Part shown: positions 31,305 to 41,053 of the stretch, piece by piece | Layout of the letters: each line of letters starts with the position of its first letter | How positions within the stretch are numbered: position 1 is the stretch's first letter | Source of the DNA: Candidatus Poribacteria bacterium | GTDB taxonomy: Bacteria; Poribacteria; WGA-4E; WGA-3G | NCBI GenBank assembly: GCA_965242965.1 | Contig: OZ251518.1 | Coordinates: 5,056,001 to 5,120,000 of the forward strand | Reading direction: 5' to 3' | Length of the DNA: 64,000 nt | Made by a program: the position numbers and the translations under genes | Notes under the pieces: generated by a model | Databases searched by the model: none | What the model was told of the DNA's origin: nothing | What the model saw: only the letters and a program-made list of their open reading frames with translations

Positions 31305-31606
31305 GGTAGGCGCGCCCGGAATCGCTTCCCGGTAGGAGAGACCTCCTGGTCTCGACTCTTCCGGTAGGAGAGACCTCCTGGTCTCGATGCAATGCTGCTT
31401 TTCCGGTAGGAGAGACCTCCCGGTCTCGAAAAATGCGATATCGGGACAAGGATGTCCCGCCTACCCAGATATCGGTAGGAGAGACCTCCCGGTCTCGATG
31501 CCCACCGTATCGGGACAAGGATGTCCCGCCTACCCAGACTAGGTCGGTATCGGGACAAGGATGTCCCTCCTACCGGGGAAACATCGGGACAGGGATGTCC
31601 CTCCTA
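31305..31606. repeat. Cluster of GAGACC- and GGGACA-type REP palindromes
   Basis: Four GTAGGAGAGACCTCC(T/C)GGTCTCG units plus four inverted TCGGGACAAGGATGTCCC(G/T)CCTAC units. Confidence 0.85.
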
Positions 31607-31668
31607 CTCGGACAGAAGATGAATTGCTATTGCCCAACATCCACACTAGCAAAAGGATTTTCAACGGA

Positions 31669-32817
31669 ATGCTCTCAAACCAATTAACGGCAGTCATTGT
31701 TGGCGCAGGCTGGTCAGCCGAGGGACACACCAAGGCTTTTCAGCATTACGGCGTTGAAGTTCTCGCCTTATGTGCACGCAAACCTGATGTCGTGCGAAAA
31801 CACGCCGACCGGTTAGGTATCCCCGATGCCTCAATTGATTGGCGCGAAAGCCTGCTCAAACACCGACCGGACATCGTCGCTATCACGACTCCTGCGATTT
31901 TGCGCAGTGAACCGATCGAATTAGCGGCACAACTCGGGTGCCATATTATCTGCGAAAAGCCGCTGGCACTCACTGCTACGGAAGCAGGAAGACTCTACGC
32001 GCGCGTCAAAGATGCCGGTGTGAAACACGCCTTCGCCGCGACGCATCTGTATGACCCGAGCGTGGTGTATGTCCGACACCTGATTACGCAGCAACGGTGC
32101 ATCGGCGAACTCAAAGAGGTCGATATTGGATACACCCGCCGACTTCCGGGAACTCCGACGAACAAAGTGAAGCCGTGGAATTGGATGAGTTCCCTTGCGC
32201 ACGGCGGCGGCGCGCTCAACAATGGGCTCACGCATCAACTCGGTATGCTTGAAAAGATGACCGGGGCGAAAGTGATTTCCGCTGTTGGTGAGGCGCGATT
32301 CGCGCCGAGAAAAGCACCTGTTATGCCAGAGATACGCGACTTTCGGGTGTGGCGTAGCAGAATGATTACGATGGAAGAAGCCTCTAAATTGCAGTGGCGC
32401 GAGTGCGACGCGGAGGTGGGATATTCAGCACTCTTCAAATTAGGAGGAACGGAGAATCCTGTCCTCGTGACGATGCGGCCGAAGCCGGGTGCGCCGACGC
32501 AATCCCCGACTGGCGGCTGGTATTTCTACGGGACAGAAGGCACACTTGTCGGACGAGGCGGACACATCTTATCGCCGATTACCCAACACCGCGGGGATGC
32601 GGTAGAGGAATTATCTATTCCGCAGGCGTTTTCGGATGCCCTTCCGCGCATCGGCGATGACATCCAAAACAAGTGGACCGCGCTCGTCCGCGACTTCCTC
32701 GCCGACATCCAGAATTGTCCCCATGAACCGTATCTAACGCTTCATGATGGGTGGCGTTATCAAATTGCTATTGATGCAATTCGGGGGCGCGCGGGGTGGA
32801 CAGAGGTCCCTGTCTGA
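31669..32817 (+). CDS. Gfo/Idh/MocA family oxidoreductase
   Basis: IVGAGW, PDIVAITTP, CEKPLA, GGGALNN; start trimmed because the ORF-track N-terminus is repeat-derived. Confidence 0.88.
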   Translation: MLSNQLTAVIVGAGWSAEGHTKAFQHYGVEVLALCARKPDVVRKHADRLGIPDASIDWRESLLKHRPDIVAITTPAILRSEPIELAAQLGCHIICEKPLALTATEAGRLYARVKDAGVKHAFAATHLYDPSVVYVRHLITQQRCIGELKEVDIGYTRRLPGTPTNKVKPWNWMSSLAHGGGALNNGLTHQLGMLEKMTGAKVISAVGEARFAPRKAPVMPEIRDFRVWRSRMITMEEASKLQWRECDAEVGYSALFKLGGTENPVLVTMRPKPGAPTQSPTGGWYFYGTEGTLVGRGGHILSPITQHRGDAVEELSIPQAFSDALPRIGDDIQNKWTALVRDFLADIQNCPHEPYLTLHDGWRYQIAIDAIRGRAGWTEVPV

Positions 32818-32870
32818 AGCAGGATTCACAAGATTGGCAGGATAATATCCCTCGCTGCGCCGTTTTCACC

Positions 32871-33505
32871 GTAGCGCGGGGGCCTGTCCCCCGCGATCGC
32901 TCAGGCAAACCTAAAACCATCCGTAGCCCGAGGCCCCGGCGGTTTCTGTCCCGTCCGATGCGTGGCGAGGGACAGGCCCTCGCCCTACGGGAAGGGGCGC
33001 GATTTGAGCATGGCGAGCGATTGCTCAGGCAAAAACAAAAGCCGCCGTTTTCACCGTAGCGCGGGGGCCTGTCCCCCGCAATCGTTCAGGCAAACCGGAA
33101 ACTGTCCATAGCCCCGAGGTCCTCGGCGGTTTCTGTTACGTCCGGTGCATGGCGAGGGACAGGCCCTCGCCCTACGGTATGGAGCGCGATTTTGGCATGG
33201 CGAGCGATTGCTCAGGCAAAAACAAAAGCCGCCGTTTTCACCGTAGCGCGGGGGCCTGTCCCCCGCAATCGCTCAGACAAACCGCAAACCATCCGTAGCC
33301 CCGAGCCCCCCGGCGGTTTCTGTCCCGTCCGATGCATGGCGAGGGACAGGCCCTCGCCCTACGGTATGAGAAGCGATTTTGGCATGGCGAGGGACAGGCC
33401 CTCGCCCTACGGTATGGAGCGCGATTTGAGCATGGCGAGGGACAGGCCCTCACCCTACGGTAAGGAAAAGCAATTTGGTCAAATGGCGCGGGACAGGTTT
33501 CCCGC
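32871..33505. repeat. Tandem ~185-bp REPIN-like units
   Basis: Three GTAGCGCGGGGGCCTGTCCCCCGC ... GGCGAGGGACAGGCCCTCGCCCTAC units plus extra singlets. Confidence 0.85.
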
Positions 33506-33539
33506 GTCCGACACGAATGATAAATCAAAGGAAGCGAAC

Positions 33540-34367
33540 ATGCAAACCCACGAACACCCCAACTCCCAGGTCCAAGCATACATCAACAACGGCTATCTGA
33601 TGCTGCCAGACATCATCACACCCGAAGAATGTGACAAACTCAAGGCAGAAATGCTGAAGATTTTCCGCGGCGACTATGCATGTGAGGCGATTCCGCCGAT
33701 GCCCGAAACCGCTACCGAAACCGAAGTCCTTGACAGGATTATGTGCGTCGGTGAACCGCACGTTTTGAGTCCCCTCGTGCGCCATTACGTTGCGCATCCG
33801 AAAATTTGTGAAGTACTACAGGAGATAGTCGGCGCGCACATCCCGTTTTGGGATGGCGGCGTGAAATGCATGCAATCGATGATGCTCAGCAAAGTGCCGG
33901 GGCATACCGGTAACCCGTGGCATCAGGATGAACACCCCATCCCAACCCGCGACCGGTCACTTATCGGTGTTTGGATGACGCTGGACGATGCGACGCTTGA
34001 AAACGGCTGTCTCTGGGTGCTACCGCATAGCCATCGCACTGGCATAATTTACGACAGGTTTCCGCACAACAAACGCGATGAATTTGATAGTTGTCACGAG
34101 GCACGCGGTTTTGACGACAGTGCCGAGATGCCAATTGAAATGAAGGCAGGTAGCGTTCTCTTTTTCAACGGCTATCTGCTACACCGGTCCAAAAAGAATC
34201 GGAGCAACACGTTCCGGCGCATCCTGGTCAGCCACTACTGCTCAACGGCATCGTGGTTAGGATGGAAAGGACAGCGGAACTACCGCGGTATCGTCACCGT
34301 CTCTGGCGACGATCCCTACGCCGATGAAGGCACCGTCACGCCGAACGTCTGGGCGCGATGGGAGTGA
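33540..34367 (+). CDS. PhyH family dioxygenase
   Basis: YINNGYL, PWHQD, LDDATLENGCLWVLPHSH, LLHRS. Confidence 0.92.
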   Translation: MQTHEHPNSQVQAYINNGYLMLPDIITPEECDKLKAEMLKIFRGDYACEAIPPMPETATETEVLDRIMCVGEPHVLSPLVRHYVAHPKICEVLQEIVGAHIPFWDGGVKCMQSMMLSKVPGHTGNPWHQDEHPIPTRDRSLIGVWMTLDDATLENGCLWVLPHSHRTGIIYDRFPHNKRDEFDSCHEARGFDDSAEMPIEMKAGSVLFFNGYLLHRSKKNRSNTFRRILVSHYCSTASWLGWKGQRNYRGIVTVSGDDPYADEGTVTPNVWARWE

Positions 34368-34382
34368 GAGATTATCCACTGC

Positions 34383-37175
34383 CTACTTCAAAATCACCAT
34401 CCGCCGCGTCGTCTGGAAATCACCAGCAATAAACGTATAAAAATAAATTCCGCTCGCGACGCGGATGCCGGATGCGTCTTTTCCATCCCAATATGCCGCC
34501 TTCTCGCGACTCCGATAACTACCCGGTGCCTGTAACCCCAGAGCCAAGTGCCGCACCAGCCGCCCATGCACATCGTAAATACGCACTGTCACCTCCGCCG
34601 GTTCCGCCAAATGGTAAGGGAGCCATGTCTCAGGGTTGAACGGGTTCGGATAATTTTGGAAGATGGTGGTCCGTTTGATGCTGCCCAGCGTGGTGAGCGT
34701 CCGATCTGCGGCATCAACAGCAAAGGGCACCTCTTCGGAACGGAACCCGAGGTCGATCGGGTTATAGACGAAGGCGGAGCCGGCATTATCGCCCGCGCTA
34801 TCATTGCCAGCGGAGCCGACGATGGCAAACGCGCCGCGAATCCCAACCGATGCCCCAAACCGGTCTGCCCGGTTCGTCCCACTCGCAACGATCCGCCGTT
34901 TCTGAATCCACGACAAATCTTCCAGCAAAAAGGAATACGCTGAACCTTTGTCTACCTCAATGCTCGGGTCGATGCCTTCACCAAGCGGATGGTCATCCTT
35001 CCAAGCACCGACTAGCGCGGTGTCTTCATGAATCGCCACAGCGGAGCCGAATTCATCACCCGCTTCACCACCGAGAGCGGCAAGTTTCGCCTGCTGCACC
35101 CACGTGGTATTCGTCTTGACAAAGATGTAGGCGGCACCCATGTCCTCTTCATGCCTGTCCTCCTTCGGCGCGCCGATGATAGCGGCACCTTCCGTCAGAG
35201 CCACCGCATAGCCGAATGTATCGCCGACACCAATATCGTTTGGAATGAGGACGAGTTCCTCACTCCATGAATTCCCGCTGCGAGTAAACAGATAAGTCAC
35301 CCCAGAATCCGGGCCAGTCGCATCACTCAAAGGTGTGCCTGCGAGAACAGTGTCGCCATGAACAGCGACAGAAAAACCGAACCGGTCGCCTTGCACGGCG
35401 TTCCGCTGTGTCAGTTTCGCTTGTTGCGTCCAATTCGTGCCATTTCGGACGAAAATGTAGATTGCACCGGAATCAGGACCTGCTTCGTCTTTCCCGTGCG
35501 CGCCAATCACGACAGTGTCTTCATGCAAGGCGACGCTTGAACCGAACCGGTCGAAAATGCCGATATCCGCGCCGATCAGTTTCGCTTGTTGGACCCACTC
35601 GTCGCCCGCGCGGACGAAAACATAGGCAGCCCCGGACTCCGGCCCCGCGTCGTCAACCCCAATCGCGCCGATAACGACGGTTTCACCAGCCAGCGCGATT
35701 GTGCTCCCAAACAGATCTCCCGGCTGCGCATCGGCAGCGGTGATTTTTGCACGTTGGAGCCATAAGGAACTGCTCCGCTCAAAAACATAAGCAGCCCCCG
35801 CGTTCGGCGCGACATCGTCATCTTGCTGCGCGCCGGAAATGGCGAGATTGCCATCAATCGCAACCGCTATCCCAAACTGGTCTTCGGACGCAGTCTCGCC
35901 ATCGCTCAACTTAACCGTTTCTACCCACGTCGCATCCTCGCGCTGTTGAAAAATATAGGCAGCACCAGACGAAAGTCCACCCGCGCTGTGCTTCGGCGCG
36001 CCCGTGATAACTTCCGTGCCGCTGATAGCTACCGAAAATCCCACCTGGTCTCCAGCACGTCTATCGCCGGTAGCAAGTTTCGTGTGTTGATTCCAAAATG
36101 GGGGTTCATTGCGCGTGAAGACATAGGCTGCGCCGACAGGTTCATCGCCGACAATGCCCCCGGTCGCGCCGATGACAGCAATATCTCCCTCAATAGCAAC
36201 GGAAGTGCCGAAGCTGGTTGCACCATCCGGATCGATGGGAATCATCCGGATGCGGACACGGTTTCTCTGTTGCACCCATCGCTCGCCACTGCGCTCAAAA
36301 ATGTAAGCCGCACCGCTGCTTTGCAAGCCGCGACTTTTATTATACGGCGAACTGACAATCGCAAAATCGCCGTCAACGTCCACGGCATACCCAAATCTAT
36401 CCCCCTCTTTGGTGTTATTGCCGATGAGTTTCGCTTGGTGCGTCCATTGGAATCCGGTGCGGACGAAAACGTGGGCGGCACCCGCATCGATGCCTTCCTC
36501 TTTATCACGAATTACTCCAACGATGGCAGTATTGGCATCCAATCCAACAGAAAAGCCGAAGTATGAGAAATGCGACGCGTCGGGAGCAGTGAGCTTCGCT
36601 GTCTGATTCCAGACCGCGCCGATGCGTTCAAAAACGTAGACAGCACCTGAATCGGCAAACCTTTCTGAATTCGCACGATGCGCACCGACCAAGACGGTGC
36701 TTCCGTCTATCGCGACAGAGATACCGAAATAGTCGCCGCGCGTCTCGTCAGCCGCACTCAGCTTTGCCTGCTCCACCCACTCCGTGCCTTGTCGGACAAA
36801 AATGTAGGTCGCACCGGAACGTCTGCCGGCTCCCGATTTCCTCGGCGCGCCGACGATAACGTAATTTCCGCTCACAGCGAGGGTCGCGCCGAACTCGTCG
36901 TTGTCTTCTGCATCGCTGGCGTGCAGTTTCTGATGCTGAACCCACCCAGTCTCGCTTCGGAAGAAAATTTGGACTGAGCCGGCGTTTCTGCCGTTGTCGG
37001 TATCATCTTTCGGCACGCCGACGAGCGCGTAATCGCCGCTGATGCCGACACTCGCGCCGAGATTGTCGTGGAGGACAGCCGCACTCGTGTTGAGCTGCAC
37101 CCTATCCGCGCCGCTGTGTGTCGCGAAACTCATGCATAAAAAAAGAGTAAGTATCCCCGTTTGCAGTCTATTCAC
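34383..37175 (-). CDS. FG-GAP (integrin-alpha-like) repeat protein with C-terminal T9SS-A/FlgD-Ig-like domain
   Basis: About 14 repeats FGxSVAIxGxxxxVGA...GAAYxF; QNYPNPFNPETWLPY...WDGKD...SGIYFY...RRMVILK; probable GTG start with signal peptide. Confidence 0.9.
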   Translation of the reverse strand: MNRLQTGILTLFLCMSFATHSGADRVQLNTSAAVLHDNLGASVGISGDYALVGVPKDDTDNGRNAGSVQIFFRSETGWVQHQKLHASDAEDNDEFGATLAVSGNYVIVGAPRKSGAGRRSGATYIFVRQGTEWVEQAKLSAADETRGDYFGISVAIDGSTVLVGAHRANSERFADSGAVYVFERIGAVWNQTAKLTAPDASHFSYFGFSVGLDANTAIVGVIRDKEEGIDAGAAHVFVRTGFQWTHQAKLIGNNTKEGDRFGYAVDVDGDFAIVSSPYNKSRGLQSSGAAYIFERSGERWVQQRNRVRIRMIPIDPDGATSFGTSVAIEGDIAVIGATGGIVGDEPVGAAYVFTRNEPPFWNQHTKLATGDRRAGDQVGFSVAISGTEVITGAPKHSAGGLSSGAAYIFQQREDATWVETVKLSDGETASEDQFGIAVAIDGNLAISGAQQDDDVAPNAGAAYVFERSSSLWLQRAKITAADAQPGDLFGSTIALAGETVVIGAIGVDDAGPESGAAYVFVRAGDEWVQQAKLIGADIGIFDRFGSSVALHEDTVVIGAHGKDEAGPDSGAIYIFVRNGTNWTQQAKLTQRNAVQGDRFGFSVAVHGDTVLAGTPLSDATGPDSGVTYLFTRSGNSWSEELVLIPNDIGVGDTFGYAVALTEGAAIIGAPKEDRHEEDMGAAYIFVKTNTTWVQQAKLAALGGEAGDEFGSAVAIHEDTALVGAWKDDHPLGEGIDPSIEVDKGSAYSFLLEDLSWIQKRRIVASGTNRADRFGASVGIRGAFAIVGSAGNDSAGDNAGSAFVYNPIDLGFRSEEVPFAVDAADRTLTTLGSIKRTTIFQNYPNPFNPETWLPYHLAEPAEVTVRIYDVHGRLVRHLALGLQAPGSYRSREKAAYWDGKDASGIRVASGIYFYTFIAGDFQTTRRMVILK

Positions 37176-37797
37176 ACTTGCCTCCTGCCGCGAGTTGACA
37201 AATCGCCTGGCCTTTGTCATCGCCATACCACAAGTGGGTGCCGTCCCATGTGAGGCCGTGCGGCTCGGTCGGACAAGAGACTGCATCCAAAGTTTCACCG
37301 GTATCGGGATGGACGCGATAAATTGCCCAGGCATTCGTGTCCACGTTCCAGAGTGCTTCGCCGTCCCAAGCGAGTCCGTGCGCGCGCCCACCGGGAGTCG
37401 GCAATTCCGCGAGAATCTCTCCTGTCTCCGGACACTGCTTCACGAACCGACTCGTGTTCATGTCTACACTCCAGAGATGCTCGCCATCCCATGCCAATCC
37501 GTGCGGGCCCTCCCCAGGCGAAGGAAAGGTTGTGACGACTTCCAATGCCGGCACCGTCAGTTTGTAAAAGGTCTGCTGCCAGATGCTGTTGTACCAGAGA
37601 TATTCGCCATCCCATTCCAACCCCGAGCTGCCCGGATACGGTGGTGTAAGCGTGAGCAAAACTTCACCGGTTTCCGGTTCGATTTTGTGGACGGGACCAG
37701 GTCCTTCAACACTCCAGAGAAATTCTCCCTGCCACGCGAGCCCGTTAGTGCCAGCACCAGGGGCGGCAAATTGATGTGCAATGATTCCTTTGTGCAT
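37168..37797 (-). CDS. Beta-propeller repeat protein (glutaminyl-cyclase/NHL-like GLxWDGxxLW repeats)
   Basis: Five repeats GLAWQGEFLW, GLEWDGEYLW, GLAWDGEHLW, GLAWDGEALW, GLTWDGTHLW; GGAGG RBS. Confidence 0.8.
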   Translation of the reverse strand: MHKGIIAHQFAAPGAGTNGLAWQGEFLWSVEGPGPVHKIEPETGEVLLTLTPPYPGSSGLEWDGEYLWYNSIWQQTFYKLTVPALEVVTTFPSPGEGPHGLAWDGEHLWSVDMNTSRFVKQCPETGEILAELPTPGGRAHGLAWDGEALWNVDTNAWAIYRVHPDTGETLDAVSCPTEPHGLTWDGTHLWYGDDKGQAICQLAAGGKCE

Positions 37798-37889
37798 TGT
37801 TCTTATCCTCCCTACAAACGCAGGACTTTTCGTTTTCCATCCGCTCCCCTATCTGTCTTTACTGTGTCTACAAAAATTTAAACGTTCGG

Positions 37890-39197
37890 CTACAAACCCG
37901 CCAACGCCTCCTGAATTTCTGCGATAACCATCGGTTCGTTTTCAACGGCTAACCGAGTTTGCAGCAGCTTCGCGGCTGTCTCGCCGCCAATTTGCCCGAC
38001 TGCCCATGCGGCGTGACTCCGAACGAGGGGTTCGTCGTCAGTTAATGCGATTTTGAGCGCGGGCAACGCTTTGCGCGCCCCCCAATTGCCGATAGCGACA
38101 AGCACATTCCGCAAGAATCCGCGGCGTTTGGCACGCTTGATAGGACTGCCTTTAAACCGCCGGCTGAACTCTATCTGTGTCATGTTGACAAGCGATAGCA
38201 ACTCCGGTGCGAGATTACCCTCGCGCGGGTGGAACGCCGATTCAGTTGTAGGCACTGCCTTGCTGTTCCACGGGCAAACCTCTTGGCAGATGTCGCATCC
38301 AAAGATAAGGTTCCCCATTTTCGGGCGAAGTGCTGTCGGGATGCTTGCCTTTAACTCAATAGTGAGATAAGAGATGCACAAACGCGAATCCAAGACGTTC
38401 GGTGCAACAATCGCGTCTGTCGGGCATGCCTCGATGCATCGGGTGCAGGTGCCGCAACTGCCTCGCGGTAATGCCGGTGTCTCGTATCTGTCATCATCCC
38501 CGTAGCGCGGGGGCCTGTCCCCCGCGATCTGCCGAACGGTTCCATCATCCCCGTAGCGCGGGGGCCTGTCCCCCGCGATCTGCACAGGCCACTGAGATTC
38601 CACCGTCAATTCCAACGGAACATTAACAAGCACCTCAGCCAGAAAATACCACGAACCAGAACGCCAATTGATGAGATTCGTATTCTTGCCTATCCAACCG
38701 AGTTGTGCCTTCTGTGCATATTCCCTCTCCAGAATTGGTGCAGTATCTACACAGATGCGGCTGTCGGGTTCGGTTTCAGCAAACCGCTGCCGAATAAATT
38801 CAACGAGTTGCCGAAGGCGTTCGCGGATAACTTCGTGATAGTCGTCACCCCAGGCGTAGCGCGAGATTTGCCCGCGCCCCGGGTCTTCCGCCAGGAGTTG
38901 AGGAGTGTCTAGCGTGTAATAATTCATCGCGAGACTGATGACTGATTTCGCCTCCGCGAGGAGCCGCCTCGGGTCTTCCTTGAGCGGCAGATGTCTCTCA
39001 AGGTAGTCCATCTCCCCTGCGTATCCGTTTTCAAGCCAGTCCCGGTAACGCTGGAGAGTCTGGCTCCGTTCCGCCGGTGTAATCCCGACGAGCGCGAAAC
39101 CGAGTTCGTGGGCGCGCCGCTGGATCTGGTGTGTCAACGAGAGAGTAGCAGGATTTCCAAGATTTCTAGGATTTCCAGGATTACGTTTTCTGTTCAC
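37890..39197 (-). CDS. queG: tRNA epoxyqueuosine reductase with C-terminal HEAT repeat and an in-frame REP insertion
   Basis: GEMDYL, SRYAWGDDYH, VDTAPILER, GWIGKN, CGTCTRCIEACPT, CISYLTIE, GCDICQEVCPWN. Confidence 0.95.
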   Translation of the reverse strand: MNRKRNPGNPRNLGNPATLSLTHQIQRRAHELGFALVGITPAERSQTLQRYRDWLENGYAGEMDYLERHLPLKEDPRRLLAEAKSVISLAMNYYTLDTPQLLAEDPGRGQISRYAWGDDYHEVIRERLRQLVEFIRQRFAETEPDSRICVDTAPILEREYAQKAQLGWIGKNTNLINWRSGSWYFLAEVLVNVPLELTVESQWPVQIAGDRPPRYGDDGTVRQIAGDRPPRYGDDDRYETPALPRGSCGTCTRCIEACPTDAIVAPNVLDSRLCISYLTIELKASIPTALRPKMGNLIFGCDICQEVCPWNSKAVPTTESAFHPREGNLAPELLSLVNMTQIEFSRRFKGSPIKRAKRRGFLRNVLVAIGNWGARKALPALKIALTDDEPLVRSHAAWAVGQIGGETAAKLLQTRLAVENEPMVIAEIQEALAGL

Positions 39198-39212
39198 GGC
39201 CAGTCTCCTCGC

Positions 39213-39435
39213 GTCCTATCATCAACCAGGGTTATAGTTGAAGGAGATTGCGAGGGACAGGCCCTCGCACTACGATAAGTCCCATCAACTAGGGTTATGG
39301 TTGAAGAGATTGCGAGGGACAGGCCCTCGCACTACGATAAGTCCTATCATCAACTAGGAGTATAGTTGAAGGAGATTGCGAGGGACAGGCCCTCGCACTA
39401 CGATAAGTCCTATCATCAACTAGGAGTATAGTTGA
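39213..39435. repeat. Tandem ~62-67 bp units, each a copy of the pheA 3' end plus a REP
   Basis: Four copies of TCATCAACTAGGAGTATAGTTGAA-like sequence separated by TTGCGAGGGACAGGCCCTCGCACTAC. Confidence 0.85.
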
Positions 39436-40522
39436 AAGCACCTCGCGGATATGAACCCAGACTCTTGACACTCCGACATAATTCTTCAAGCCGTTCCACA
39501 GCAGCGCGAACATGCGGTTCAGCGAGATGTCCATCCATCTCCACGAAGAAAATATATTCCCACGGTTCCGTGCGCGATGGCAAGGATTCTAGGTAACTCA
39601 TATTGAGCCCATGCTGCTGTAAAACGCCAAGCACCTGATACAGCGCGCCGACTTTATCACGAATCGTAAAAAAGAGGGATGTCCTGTCCGCGCCGCTCGG
39701 CTGCGCGTCGCACTCCCCGATAACGAAAAACCGAGTCGTGTTATTGGGCTCGTCCATGATGGAGTCGGCGACAACCGGCACCTGATAAATGTCGCTGGCC
39801 AGTTTGCTGGCGATGGCACCTGTCATCGGTTCCGCCGCCGCACGCTGTGCCGCGACAGAGGTGCTGACAACCTCTACCTGCTCCGTCGCTTTCATAAATC
39901 GGTTTAACCAGACACGACACTGCGCAAACGGCTGCGGATGCGAGTAAATCTTCTGGATTTCCGAGAGCGGCGACTTTGAAAGTAGGTGCTGTTTCACCGG
40001 TTGATAAATCTCGGCGCAAATCTTCAGCGGGGTGCCTTGGAAACGTTCCAACACATCGCGCACCGTCCCTTGCACCGAGTTTGCAATCGCTACCACCCCG
40101 TAGTCCGCGCGTCCCGCTTCGACTTCGGTGAAGATGTCGATTTGCGGCTGCACCGGGATGAGCGCAACCGATGAACCGAAATGACATAGACTCGCAAGGT
40201 GCCCGAAACTCCCGACAGGACCGAGGAACGCCACCCGTTCCGGGGCCTGCAGCGCGCGAGAAGCAGATAAAATCTCCGTCCAGACAGCCTCCACCGCAGC
40301 ATCGGAAAACGCCCCCTGTTCACCGTAGACTCGGTTGCACACCTTCAAGCGTTCAATAACTTCCCGATGTCGATGCGGAACATAGACGTTTGAGGTGCCT
40401 GCCTCTGTCTTGAAAGCACCTACCTGTTTAGAAATTTCCGCGCGTTTTTGTAACAGGGATAAAATCCTGTCGTCAATGTCGTTAATGGTGTCGCGATAAT
40501 TTTCGAGTTCAGAATTGTTCAT
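39416..40522 (-). CDS. pheA: Chorismate mutase / prephenate dehydratase (P-protein)
   Basis: N-terminal CM domain (YRDTINDID..LLQKR); FLGPVGSF, SHPQP, NTTRF; ACT domain ESLPSR..PWEYIFF. Confidence 0.95.
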   Translation of the reverse strand: MNNSELENYRDTINDIDDRILSLLQKRAEISKQVGAFKTEAGTSNVYVPHRHREVIERLKVCNRVYGEQGAFSDAAVEAVWTEILSASRALQAPERVAFLGPVGSFGHLASLCHFGSSVALIPVQPQIDIFTEVEAGRADYGVVAIANSVQGTVRDVLERFQGTPLKICAEIYQPVKQHLLSKSPLSEIQKIYSHPQPFAQCRVWLNRFMKATEQVEVVSTSVAAQRAAAEPMTGAIASKLASDIYQVPVVADSIMDEPNNTTRFFVIGECDAQPSGADRTSLFFTIRDKVGALYQVLGVLQQHGLNMSYLESLPSRTEPWEYIFFVEMDGHLAEPHVRAAVERLEELCRSVKSLGSYPRGAFNYTPS

Positions 40523-40561
40523 TTGATCTATCGTTTATCCGGTTTTCGGTTTGCGTGAGTG

Positions 40562-41045
40562 ATTGCGGGGGACAGGCCCCCGCGCTACGGTGCGAGTGGC
40601 GGCTGTCGTTGCATCCGGCGGAAAACCCCTCTTCTGTCCGTAGGGCGAGGGCCTGTCCCTCGCCATGCAGCGAACAGTTAAACCCCTCTTCTGTCCGTAG
40701 GGCGAGGGCCTGTCCCTCGCCATGCAGTGAAAGGCTAAACCCCTCTCGTGTCCGTAGGGCGAGGGCCTGTCCCTCGCCATGCATTGAGCGTGACAGAAAC
40801 CGTCTGGGCCCTCTGGGCTGCGGATGGGTTTCGCGCGGATCGAATGATCGCGGGGGACAGGCCCCCGCGCTACGGGGAAAACGGCGGCTTTCGTTGCATA
40901 CGGAAAAACCCCTGTCGCGTCCGTAGGGCGAGGGCCTGTCCCTCGCCATGCCCTGGGGCCCCCGAACGATCGCGGGGGACAGGCCCCCGCGCTACGGGCC
41001 AAGGACGGTATTCCTGTCCGTAGGGCGAGGGCCTGTCCCTCGCCA
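40562..41045. repeat. REP-like palindrome array
   Basis: Five GTAGGGCGAGGGCCTGTCCCTCGCC units plus three inverted GCGGGGGACAGGCCCCCGCGCTAC units. Confidence 0.85.
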
Positions 41046-41053
41046 CTCTGAAC

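Noticed and set aside
31305-31606. Possible CRISPR array
   Set aside because: Two REP families in mixed orientation with irregular spacing, dispersed throughout the window.
33192-33539. Long N-terminal extensions on ORFs 33192-34367, 31561-32817, 28345-29928, 54169-57144, 6149-7732, 11600-12691 and 52321-53457
   Set aside because: The extensions run through upstream repeats; downstream starts fit the domain boundaries and often an RBS better, so they are not counted as coding insertions.
39213-39435. CRISPR-like repeat-spacer pattern
   Set aside because: Spacers are near-identical copies of the pheA 3' end, the repeat is a dispersed REP, and there are no cas genes.
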